Below are positions 44,090-52,268 of a stretch of DNA of 54,258 bases, in pieces. How positions within the stretch are numbered: position 1 is the stretch's first letter; each line of letters opens with the position of its first letter. A model generated the notes under the pieces. The model was given only the letters and a program-made list of their open reading frames with translations, had not been told where the DNA came from and did no database searches. Source of the DNA: Gammaproteobacteria bacterium (lineage in GTDB: Bacteria; Pseudomonadota; Gammaproteobacteria; HK1); contig JAJDXW010000282.1 in the NCBI GenBank assembly GCA_022823045.1, positions 1-54,258 on the forward strand, given 5' to 3'. The translations under genes and the position numbers were made by a program.

Positions 44090-45637
44090 ATGGCTGCGCC
44101 GAGCGAGAAACTTGCCGCATCGCTGACACGGCTCGAACAACTCCAGAAAGGCGGACGTCGTGTCTTTCGCTCCGCGGAGTTGACCCGCGTCCATCGCGAA
44201 CGTCTGATCAGGAGCGGCTATCTGCGCGAAGTCATGAAGGGTTGGCTGATCTCCTCCAGCCCGGAAGCCGCGGCCGGCGACACGACCCCCTGGTTCGCGT
44301 CCTTCTGGGAGTTCTGCACGTCGTATTGCACGGCGCGATTCGGAGCCGACTGGCACCTGTCCCCGGAGCAGTCCCTGCTGCTCCATGCGGAAAACACCGT
44401 CATCCCGCCGCAGCTCATCATCTACACGCCGAAGGGCACCAACAACACCGTAGCGCTTCCCTTCGGTACGTCGCTCTACGACCTCAGGCGACGGGGGATG
44501 CCTCCGCAGGCAGACCTGACCAAACGCGACGGCCTGAACCTGATTGCGCCGGAAGCCGCGCTGGTCAGCGTTCCCGAAGTCTGCTTTGTCCGCAATCCGG
44601 TCGAAGCCCACGTTGTCCTCTCCGGAATTCCCGATGCCTCCAATCTTCTGCGGAGACTCCTCGACGCGGGCCATTCGGTGATTGCCGGCCGGCTGGCCGG
44701 TGCGTTCCGCCGCATCGGGCGCGGTGACATCGCGGGTGAAATCGTCACCGTCATGAAGCGTGCGGGTCATGACGTTCGGGAATCCGACCCGTTCGAGCCG
44801 GCGCATGTCCTTCACACCCTGCCCCGGGCACGCGCGCCGATCGTCGATCGTCTGCATTCGCTGTGGGAGTCGATGCGCGAGTCGGTCATTGCCGCGTTTC
44901 CGGCCGCGCCCGGACTGCCGGAGGACACCGACGCCTACCTCGCCTTCGTTGACGACCTGTATCGGAGCGACGCCTATCACTCGCTGTCGATCGAGGGCTA
45001 CCGCGTCACCATGGAACTCATCGAGCGCGTCCGCACCGGCGACTGGGACCCCGACAACCGGGACAGTGACCGGCAGAGTCGCGATGCGCTTGCCGCACGC
45101 GGCTACTGGCAGGCGTTTCAGCTCGTCCGGGAAACGGTCCGCGCCGCGATCGCCGGGGACGATCCCGGCGTTCACGCACGCGCGGCCCACCAGGACTGGT
45201 ACCGCGAGCTGTTCCAACCCTCCGTGGCGGCCGGCCTCATCCCGGCTTCGGCCCTGGCCGGCTACCGGAACGGCCCCGTCTTTCTTCGCGGTTCGCGCCA
45301 CGTCCCGCCTCGCTGGGAAACGGTGCGCGACGCCATGCCGGCGTATTTCGATCTGCTCGAGAGCGAGGCGGAACCGTCCGTCAAGGCCGTCCTCGGGCAC
45401 TGGCTGTTCGGCTATATCCACCCCTACGCGGACGGCAACGGCCGCATGGCGCGCTTCGTCATGAACGCGCTTCTCGCGTCCGGCGGCTATCCGTGGACCG
45501 TGATCCAGGTCGATGATCGAGACGCCTATCTCGCGGCGCTCGAGCGAGCGAGCATCGAACAGGACATGGAGCCGTTCGCGCGGTTCCTGGCCCGGCGCGT
45601 CGAATCCGCCATGGACCGTGCCGGCACGAAGTCATGA
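44090..45637 (+). CDS. Fic family protein (class II, intramolecular inhibitory helix) with a large N-terminal domain
   Basis: 515 aa. The Fic motif HPYADGNGRMAR is at aa 444-455 (nt 45419-45454). The inhibitory motif S-x3-E-G (SLSIEG) is at aa 298-303 (nt 44981-44998). Confidence 0.9.
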   Translation: MAAPSEKLAASLTRLEQLQKGGRRVFRSAELTRVHRERLIRSGYLREVMKGWLISSSPEAAAGDTTPWFASFWEFCTSYCTARFGADWHLSPEQSLLLHAENTVIPPQLIIYTPKGTNNTVALPFGTSLYDLRRRGMPPQADLTKRDGLNLIAPEAALVSVPEVCFVRNPVEAHVVLSGIPDASNLLRRLLDAGHSVIAGRLAGAFRRIGRGDIAGEIVTVMKRAGHDVRESDPFEPAHVLHTLPRARAPIVDRLHSLWESMRESVIAAFPAAPGLPEDTDAYLAFVDDLYRSDAYHSLSIEGYRVTMELIERVRTGDWDPDNRDSDRQSRDALAARGYWQAFQLVRETVRAAIAGDDPGVHARAAHQDWYRELFQPSVAAGLIPASALAGYRNGPVFLRGSRHVPPRWETVRDAMPAYFDLLESEAEPSVKAVLGHWLFGYIHPYADGNGRMARFVMNALLASGGYPWTVIQVDDRDAYLAALERASIEQDMEPFARFLARRVESAMDRAGTKS

Positions 45638-45768
45638 ACGATCTCCCGGATCGGCGCTCGTCGAACCCTCGATCCAGACCTGAACCTGGCCGCAATCCTT
45701 CGCCGATTTCCTGGCTGGCGGACGACAGCCGGTTCGCCGGAGGTCACGGATCCGTCCGGACCCGCCCC

Positions 45769-46590
45769 CTATTGAACGCCCATGGTCGCGACCGTGCACC
45801 CGACCGCGAAGATCGGGATCGGCGCATAGAACCACAACTCGCCGGTCGCGCCTTCGGTTGCGGCGGCAACCGCGATGAAGGTGCGGATCTCGAAGCCGCC
45901 GTGGCCGGCGTCGCGGTAGACCTCCTCGTCGGTGTAGGCGAGCAGGTCTTCCTTGCGGTTATTGACGAACTTGTCGAGGAAGTCCCGATCGAACGCCTCG
46001 TTCACCATGCCGCTGTCCGGCGTGGCGGGCCAGTGGGAGATGCCCCCGGTTCCGATCAGCGCGATGCGTTCCGGCGCTGCGTCGCAGGCCTTGCGCAGCG
46101 CCCGACCGAACGCCCAGGTCCGGTGCAACGGGGTCAGCGGCGGTTCCTGGCAGTTGATGTTGACCGGAACGACCGGCAGGTCGTAGCGCGGCGTCAGGAA
46201 GTGCAGCGGAACCGAGATGCCGTGGTCGAACTTCCATTCCTGGGCGTAGGCGACGTCGCAGTCCTCCAGGATCCGGGTGATGAGCCGCCTCGACAGCTCC
46301 GGCGCACCGGGAATGCGCCGGCGCTCGATCGCCAGCCACGCCTCGTCCTCGATGGGGCCTTCGTAGAAGTCCGCCATCCCGACGCAGTAGGCCGGCATGT
46401 TGTCGAAGAAGAAGTTGGCGAAGTGTTCGGCTCCGACAACGACCAGGGCATCCGGCCGGCTCGCCTCCAGTGCGTCGCGCAGCCGGTCGAAGTGGCGGTA
46501 GAGCTCGTCCCGGATCTCCGGATCGGCCAGATGCGCCCGGCCGGTGATTCCGGGGGCGTGACTGCACGCGCCGGCAAAGACCAGTGGCAC
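45769..46590 (-). CDS. Class III extradiol ring-cleavage dioxygenase, catalytic beta subunit (LigB-like)
   Basis: Sequence reads VPLVFAGACSHAPG..., EHFANFF, KFDHGISVPL and GTGGISHW. The GTG start at 46590 lies 4 nt after the LigA-like stop, with AGGA upstream. Confidence 0.8.
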   Translation of the reverse strand: MPLVFAGACSHAPGITGRAHLADPEIRDELYRHFDRLRDALEASRPDALVVVGAEHFANFFFDNMPAYCVGMADFYEGPIEDEAWLAIERRRIPGAPELSRRLITRILEDCDVAYAQEWKFDHGISVPLHFLTPRYDLPVVPVNINCQEPPLTPLHRTWAFGRALRKACDAAPERIALIGTGGISHWPATPDSGMVNEAFDRDFLDKFVNNRKEDLLAYTDEEVYRDAGHGGFEIRTFIAVAAATEGATGELWFYAPIPIFAVGCTVATMGVQ

Positions 46591-46594
46591 CGCG

Positions 46595-46897
46595 CTATTC
46601 CTGCCGCATGGTGTAGAGGCCCGCGCGCACCTTGCCGTGCTCCGCGACTCCCTCGCGCATGGCCTGCATGTAGTCGGCCCAGGCGTATCGGTGCATCGCC
46701 GCATAGTGCATCAGGAGCTGGCCGTTGACGCCGAGCACGTACAGCAGGCCGATATCGGGCTTGCGGATCGCCTCCAGCTCCTCGTCCGTGAGTTCGTATT
46801 CCTCAAGCACGCTCTCCGGATCGTCCTCGAATCGCTCGCGCACCAGGGTGTCGCGGTTGAGGTGGTAGAGCAGCTTCTGAACGTAGTAGAGGCTCAT
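46595..46897 (-). CDS. LigA-like small (alpha) subunit of the extradiol dioxygenase
   Basis: 100 aa: MSLYYVQKLLYHLNRDTLVRERFEDDPESVLEEYELTDEELEAIRKPDIGLLYVLGVNGQLLMHYA matches the LigA/aromatic-ring-opening dioxygenase small-subunit pattern. Confidence 0.7.
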   Translation of the reverse strand: MSLYYVQKLLYHLNRDTLVRERFEDDPESVLEEYELTDEELEAIRKPDIGLLYVLGVNGQLLMHYAAMHRYAWADYMQAMREGVAEHGKVRAGLYTMRQE

Positions 46898-47080
46898 CGC
46901 AGGATGCACCCGTCTGCGCGATGCGGTGGTCACGCAGCGTAACGCAGGAAGCCCCGATTTCCATGCGAGCGGCAACCGGGAAATGCCGCGTGCTTCGCAG
47001 GAGCGTGACGAAGCCTCGCGGGGACATTGCCCACGATGCAGCGACCGGCGGCCCCTCGCATAATCGTTAGGAAGAAACGG

Positions 47081-48610
47081 TCACGGCAGCGCGGCCCGGC
47101 AGTCCGCAACCGCGCCGACGAGTCGACTGCCATCGAAGTCGCCGGTCTCGCTCATGGCGTCTCGCAGTCCCGTCCACAGGCTCTTCAGGGTGCCGCGATG
47201 CTCCGGGTCCCCGGCGAGGTTGCGCATCTCGTACGGATCGGCGTCCAGATCGTAGAGCTCGGCGAATCCGTGCTCCTGGACCACCAGCTTCCAGTCGTCC
47301 TCGTACCAGGCGCGCTGCGGCACCGGTTCGTGCAGCCCGTAGTGCTGGGCCATGAATCCCGAGCGCCACGCTGCGCCGGGCTCTTGCATCAGCTCCTCCA
47401 GGCTCCGCCCGTGCATCCGCAGCTCTTCGTCGAGACCGCACATCCGCAGGATGGTGGGCGGAATATCCATGTTCGAGACAGCCTGACTGCAGATCGTGCC
47501 TTGCGGGACTCCGGGGCCGCGAATCAGCAATGGGATCCGCATGGTCTCCTCCACCATCAAGCCTCCCTTGTTGCATACGCCCCCGTTCGATCCCACCGCA
47601 TCGCCGTGGTCGGCGGTGAAGACGATGAGCGTGGAGTCCGCCCGGCCGATGCGATCGACGGCATCAACCACTTCGAGGAGCGCGGCTTCGACGAGCGCGA
47701 CATGCTCCAGCGCGCGCACGACCATCCGGCGCCATCCCTCGGCGTCGAGGTCCAGCGTGGCGCGCCAGAAGTCACGGTATCGGTGGTGATGGGTCGGTCT
47801 ACCCTGGAGGTCGAACCGAAAATTGGGAGACACATCGACGGCGCTACGCTCGAACAGTCCGTGCCATGGCCCGGCCACGAGGTAGGGCGGATGCGGCCCC
47901 CAGGGATCGATCCTCACGAAGAAGGGGTCCATTCCGAGCGATTCGAGCCATTGTCCTGCCAGCCGGGACAGGAAGAAGGCTTCATGTACCTCGGCCGGAC
48001 CGTTCAGGCGGGCGACTCCGGACTCGTAGTCGAACCAGTCGCCCGTATCCATCAACTCGACCCGCGTCCCGACCGCGAGGCCGGACTCTCCGGATATCTC
48101 GATTCTCGTGGCGGGCGGCGGCAAACCCGCGTCCTCGAGGTAGCGTCGATACTCGGGCGTCGCGTAGGGATATCCGTAACCCGACAGGGAGAACCCCTCG
48201 AAGCCGTAGTCCGCGGCAGGTCGGCGATTGTCGACATGCCACTTCCCGAACCAGCCGCAGCGGTATCCGGCCTCACGAAACGGCTGGTGCACCAAACGGT
48301 CGCCGGGGTCCAGGCCGGCCCGACCACCGAACCGACCGTCGTTTTCGGTGACACCGTGCGCGTGAGGATAGAGGCCGGTGAGCATGGAGGCGCGTGCCGG
48401 ACTGCAGATCGGCAGCACCGTGCGGGCGCTCGTGAAGTTGCACCCCTCGCGCGCGAGACGCCGCTTGAGGGGGGTGCTCCACACGAGTGGCCAGTGGTGC
48501 GCATGCGCCTGATGATCGGCGACCATCCAGACGACGTTGAGCGGTCGGTCGATTGTCTTGGCTCCAGTCTCGCGGGTCGGGCGGAACGCCGTCGCGGCGC
48601 GGCCCGCCAC
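47081..48610 (-). CDS. Sulfatase (formylglycine-dependent, arylsulfatase family)
   Basis: NVVWMVADHQ and the C-x-P-x-R signature CSPARASMLTG are present, with GKWH downstream. The GTG start at 48610 has no SD, so the start is uncertain. No signal peptide was seen. Confidence 0.85.
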   Translation of the reverse strand: MAGRAATAFRPTRETGAKTIDRPLNVVWMVADHQAHAHHWPLVWSTPLKRRLAREGCNFTSARTVLPICSPARASMLTGLYPHAHGVTENDGRFGGRAGLDPGDRLVHQPFREAGYRCGWFGKWHVDNRRPAADYGFEGFSLSGYGYPYATPEYRRYLEDAGLPPPATRIEISGESGLAVGTRVELMDTGDWFDYESGVARLNGPAEVHEAFFLSRLAGQWLESLGMDPFFVRIDPWGPHPPYLVAGPWHGLFERSAVDVSPNFRFDLQGRPTHHHRYRDFWRATLDLDAEGWRRMVVRALEHVALVEAALLEVVDAVDRIGRADSTLIVFTADHGDAVGSNGGVCNKGGLMVEETMRIPLLIRGPGVPQGTICSQAVSNMDIPPTILRMCGLDEELRMHGRSLEELMQEPGAAWRSGFMAQHYGLHEPVPQRAWYEDDWKLVVQEHGFAELYDLDADPYEMRNLAGDPEHRGTLKSLWTGLRDAMSETGDFDGSRLVGAVADCRAALP

Positions 48611-48786
48611 CGGGGATGCTATCCGGTGGCCATGTCTCGCAGCCGTACGTTCTCCGGATCGTGGAAGGGAAAGGCGATGGGACCACTGTGTTGGCGCGAT
48701 GATGTACCGCTATCGTGGTGTTTGCGACACCTGTTGCATCTGCGGCATTTGGAGTCTAACGTGTCGCAGAATGGTGGAGGATCGAG

Positions 48787-49233
48787 ATGAACGCGACGAC
48801 TGCAACAGCCATTCCGAACGATCAGGATGTGGCGCTCGCGGACCGAGCGGGCCGGAAGTTGGCGGCCTTCGGTGATGGAACGGGCGCGGTCCCCGCACGT
48901 TTTGGCGCCGCTGCCTCCGAACCCGTCGATATCCCGACGTCGGCGGTTCGGCTACTCAAGGAGATCCTTGACCAGATGGCGCACGGCAACGGCGTGGCGT
49001 TGACACCGCTGCATGCGGAACTCACGACGCGTCAGGCAGCCGACCTCTTGCAGGTATCGCGAACGCATCTGGTCCAGTTGCTGGACGAAGGCCGAATTCC
49101 CTGCCGCAAGGTAGGCGCGCATCGCCGTGTCCGGGTCCAGGACATCGTCGACTACCGCCGCGAGACGGAATCCCGTCGGCGCAAGGCGCTGGATGAGCTC
49201 ACCGCCTTCGACCAGGACCTTGGCTTGCAATAG
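48787..49233 (+). CDS. Excisionase/MerR-type HTH DNA-binding protein, antitoxin partner of the downstream PIN protein
   Basis: 148 aa with LTTRQAADLLQVSRTHLVQLLDEGRIPCRKVGAHRRVRVQDIVDY. SD GGTGGAGGA is upstream. Its stop lies 3 nt before the PIN GTG. Confidence 0.75.
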   Translation: MNATTATAIPNDQDVALADRAGRKLAAFGDGTGAVPARFGAAASEPVDIPTSAVRLLKEILDQMAHGNGVALTPLHAELTTRQAADLLQVSRTHLVQLLDEGRIPCRKVGAHRRVRVQDIVDYRRETESRRRKALDELTAFDQDLGLQ

Positions 49234-49236
49234 TCC

Positions 49237-49806
49237 GTGGCCCTCCTCACGGCGTTGCTCGACGCCAACATCCTCTATCCGGCCGGCCTCCGGGACGTTC
49301 TTCTGCGTCTCGCCGACCAATACCTGTATGCGCCGCTTTGGAGCGCAGACATCCACGCAGAGTGGATACGGAGCGTTCTGGCGGACCGTCCCGATCTCAC
49401 GGAAGGCATGCTGGAACGAACCCGGATGGTAATGGACCGCCACTTTCCCGAGGCGGTCGTGACGGATTACACGTCACGCGCCGCTGGACTCGACCTCCCG
49501 GACCCCGACGACATCCATGTGCTGGCCGCTGCGATTGAAGGGAGGGCGGATGTGATCGTGACCCGCAACCTGCGGGACTTTCCGGCTGACCGCCTGGCTC
49601 CCCACGGACTCACGGCACAGCATCCCGACGCGTTCATCGCCGGGCTTTTCGATGCCGACCCCGAGGCTGTGCTCTCCGCGGTCCGCAGTCACCGGGCGGC
49701 CCTGCGGAATCCACCTCGAACGGCGAACGAATACTTGGCCGCACTCGAACGCTTGGGTCTTGTCCAAACGGTATCCCTCGTTCGACCGCACCAGGATTCC
49801 TTCTGA
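49237..49806 (+). CDS. PIN-domain protein (toxin of an HTH-PIN pair)
   Basis: 189 aa with LLDANILYPAGLRD, DPDDIHVLAAAIEGRADVIVTRNLRDF and an extra C-terminal helical region. Confidence 0.8.
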   Translation: MALLTALLDANILYPAGLRDVLLRLADQYLYAPLWSADIHAEWIRSVLADRPDLTEGMLERTRMVMDRHFPEAVVTDYTSRAAGLDLPDPDDIHVLAAAIEGRADVIVTRNLRDFPADRLAPHGLTAQHPDAFIAGLFDADPEAVLSAVRSHRAALRNPPRTANEYLAALERLGLVQTVSLVRPHQDSF

Positions 49807-49967
49807 CTGGCGCGGCCACCGACGTTCACGAGGAGCTCGCGTTCCGTCAAACTCCACTTGGCGTTCGCGATGGATAGCCGATGAACCCACCGCGAATGAT
49901 TGCCGGGATCTCGAATCTTGCGCGGCGGCGGTGGCGCGTCGTCTCCCGTTGCGCGGCACGCCTGCGC

Positions 49968-50001
49968 GGGGCGGGGGGTGGGGCGGGGGGTGGGGCGGGG
50001 G
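49968..50001. repeat. G-tract repeat (GGGGCGGGGGGT)x2.8, six consecutive G4-G6 runs; G-quadruplex-type motif
   Basis: Read directly as GGGG C GGGGGG T GGGG C GGGGGG T GGGG C GGGGG. It ends at the base before the SDR stop codon (50002-50004, minus strand). Confidence 0.9.
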
Positions 50002-51006
50002 TCAGATTCGCATTTGTTGGACTTGGGCGGAGATGCCGCCGTCGAGGACCCAGAGCTGGCCGGTTGCGTAGCGGGCTTCGTCGCCGGCGAGCCAGTTGAC
50101 GAGGTTCGCCATGTCCTCGGGGGTGCCGTAGCGCCGGAGCGGGTGCACGAGGCGCGCCTCCTCCCGCATGCTCGCGGCCTCGGCATCCCCCTTCGCGTCG
50201 AAGAAGCTCTTCAGCATCGGGGTATCGACGTAGCCGGGGCAGATCGCGTTGACGCGGATGTTGTCCGGCCCGTGGTCGCAGGCCATCGCGCGCGTCAGGG
50301 CATGCACCGCGCCCTTGGTCGCGCAGTAGGCGGCGAGGTTCGGGTCCGCGATGAAGCCGTCGTAGGAGCCGAAGTTGATGATCGAGCCGCCGCCCGCCCG
50401 GCGCATGAGGGGGAGCGCGTGCTTGGACGTGAGGAAGGTGCCGGTCACGTTGACCGCGAAGATCCGGTTCCACTCCTCGAGCGAGGTGTGCTCGACGGTC
50501 TTCTCGATCTCGATGCCGGCCGCGTTGACGAGCACGTCGAGCCGGCCGTGCTCGCGCGAGACGCGGGCCATGAGCGCGACGGTGCTCTCCTCGCTCGTCA
50601 CGTCGTGGCGGTGGAAGACGACGTGGCCGGCGACCGGCGCGGGCGCGGCATGGGCGGCGGCACCGGCACCGGCACCGGCATCGGTACCTATACCCGCATC
50701 GGCGGCGGCACCCGCGCCGGCATCGTTACCTGCACCGGCATGGGCGGCGGCACCGGTACCGGCATTGGTCTCTGCACCTGCACCAGCCTCGGTACCTGCA
50801 CCGGCATCGGCACCCGCCGCGGGCCCGGAGAGGCCGGTCGCGTACACCGCCGCGCCCTCGGCCGCGAACCGCGCGCAGACGGCCGTCCCGATGCCCCCGC
50901 GGCCCCCAGTAACGACCGCCACCTTCCCGGCGAGGTAGCCCTCGCGGACGGCGCTCGCAGCCGCGGCCGCACCCGCACCACCGCCACCGCCACCGCCCCC
51001 GTTCAT
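50002..51006 (-). CDS. Short-chain dehydrogenase/reductase with a poly-Gly N-terminus and a large Gly/Ala-rich insertion
   Basis: The ATG at 51006 overlaps the upstream stop (ATGA). Motifs are KVAVVTGGRGGIGTAV, NAAG, YCATKGAV (YxxxK) and PGYVDTPM. The track ORF 50002..51822 is an over-extension. Confidence 0.85.
   Translation of the reverse strand: MNGGGGGGGGAGAAAAASAVREGYLAGKVAVVTGGRGGIGTAVCARFAAEGAAVYATGLSGPAAGADAGAGTEAGAGAETNAGTGAAAHAGAGNDAGAGAAADAGIGTDAGAGAGAAAHAAPAPVAGHVVFHRHDVTSEESTVALMARVSREHGRLDVLVNAAGIEIEKTVEHTSLEEWNRIFAVNVTGTFLTSKHALPLMRRAGGGSIINFGSYDGFIADPNLAAYCATKGAVHALTRAMACDHGPDNIRVNAICPGYVDTPMLKSFFDAKGDAEAASMREEARLVHPLRRYGTPEDMANLVNWLAGDEARYATGQLWVLDGGISAQVQQMRI
50626..50832 (-). 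repeat. In-frame low-complexity repeat encoding about 69 aa of G/A/T/D/E (SDR aa 59-127)
   Basis: A 20-nt perfect direct repeat, GGCATGGGCGGCGGCACCGG, occurs at 50647-50666 and 50737-50756 (90-nt = 30-aa period). The peptide is ...GADAGAGTEAGAGAETNAGTGAAAHAGAGNDAGAGAAADAGIGTDAGAGAGAAAHAAPAP.... Confidence 0.8.
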
Positions 51007-52154
51007 GACGCGCCCGCCCCCCGCCGGTACGCCGCGAGCACCATCCCGTGGAAGTGGTGCACCGCGTGCTCGCTCAGGCCCGACCCCTCCGGGTCCACCA
51101 CGTAGCGGCCGCGCTCGAAGGCGGGGGTCCGCATGCCGCGCTGCACGCTCTCGACGAGCCCGATGTCCTCGGGCTGCAGCACCTCGTCGATGTACCGGAT
51201 CGCCTCCATCTCCGCCTCCGCCGGCGTCTCGCTTTCGAAGAAGAAGTCGAACTCCTCGTACGTCTCCTCCGGCTCCACGGGGACGAACCGCCACACCATG
51301 AAGTTCCCGCGGCCGGGATAGCGCATGAGGGCCGTGTTCGGCCAGAGGTACCAGACCGCGTGGTCGGTGACGCTCGCTCCCCCGACCCCGTAGGCGCTGT
51401 TCTCGGCGCGACCCGCCTTCGCCATGTGGCTCGACCAGGTGCCGTGGGTGGTGACCCGGTAGGTATCCATCTCCACCAGGCTCACGAAGTCCCGGTGCGC
51501 GACCGGGCAGTGGTAGCACTCGAGGAAGTTGTCGACGACCGCCTTCCAGTTGGCGCGCACCGTGTAGGTGAGGCGGTGCGCGAAGGTGAGCGAGGCGAGG
51601 TCCGGGGCGTACCCCATCACTTCCCGGGCGAGGCCGCCCTCGGTCTGGTCGGCAAGGGGCGGCGCCTCGCCGTCGAGGTTCACGAAGACGAGGTGGCAGA
51701 ACACCTCCACCTGGACCGGGGTGAGGGAGATCGCGGAGGGGTCGAAGTTCTCGATGCGGTCGGAGTGCCGGGCCCGGTGGAGCCGCCCGTCGAGCGCGTA
51801 GACCCAGCCGTGGTACGGGCACGTGATCTGCCGCGTCCGGCCAGCGACGCCCGCCAGCACCTCGTGCCCGCGATGCTTGCAGACGTTGTAGAAGGCCCGA
51901 AGCGCGCCATCCTCACCCCGGACCGCGACAACACCCCGATCCTGAATCCGGGCCGTCACGTAGCTCCCCGGCTCCCGCAGCTTCTCCTCGTGGCAGAGGA
52001 ACTGCCAGCTCCGCCGGAAGATTTCCGCCCGCTCCACCTCGAGGAACGCCGGATCGACGTAGCAGTCCGCCCCAATCGACGCCGACCGGGTGGCAACCGG
52101 GTCGTACCCCGCCCCGGCGCCCGCAAGCCGCTCCCGCGTCAACCGCTCCGACAC
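51003..52154 (-). CDS. Rieske non-heme iron oxygenase alpha subunit (GbcA/CntA/choline monooxygenase-like)
   Basis: 383 aa. Rieske ligands are in CKHRGHEV...CPYHGWVY and the mononuclear iron motif is NFLECYHCPVAH. Confidence 0.9.
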   Translation of the reverse strand: MSERLTRERLAGAGAGYDPVATRSASIGADCYVDPAFLEVERAEIFRRSWQFLCHEEKLREPGSYVTARIQDRGVVAVRGEDGALRAFYNVCKHRGHEVLAGVAGRTRQITCPYHGWVYALDGRLHRARHSDRIENFDPSAISLTPVQVEVFCHLVFVNLDGEAPPLADQTEGGLAREVMGYAPDLASLTFAHRLTYTVRANWKAVVDNFLECYHCPVAHRDFVSLVEMDTYRVTTHGTWSSHMAKAGRAENSAYGVGGASVTDHAVWYLWPNTALMRYPGRGNFMVWRFVPVEPEETYEEFDFFFESETPAEAEMEAIRYIDEVLQPEDIGLVESVQRGMRTPAFERGRYVVDPEGSGLSEHAVHHFHGMVLAAYRRGAGAS

Positions 52155-52268
52155 GAACCATCTCCCCCCAGGCAGCTCTCAAGGAGAGGATACTCGAATA
52201 TCTGGTTGACTCCTCGTGAGTTTCACTATAGTGTGCATCGCTATGGAAACTCATACCAGGGGATGATC

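Noticed and set aside
50002-51822. 606-aa version of the SDR ORF extending through the Rieske oxygenase gene
   Set aside because: The upstream 272 residues are an out-of-frame shadow of the well-supported oxygenase gene. The ATGA stop/start overlap at 51003-51006 gives a sensible SDR start.
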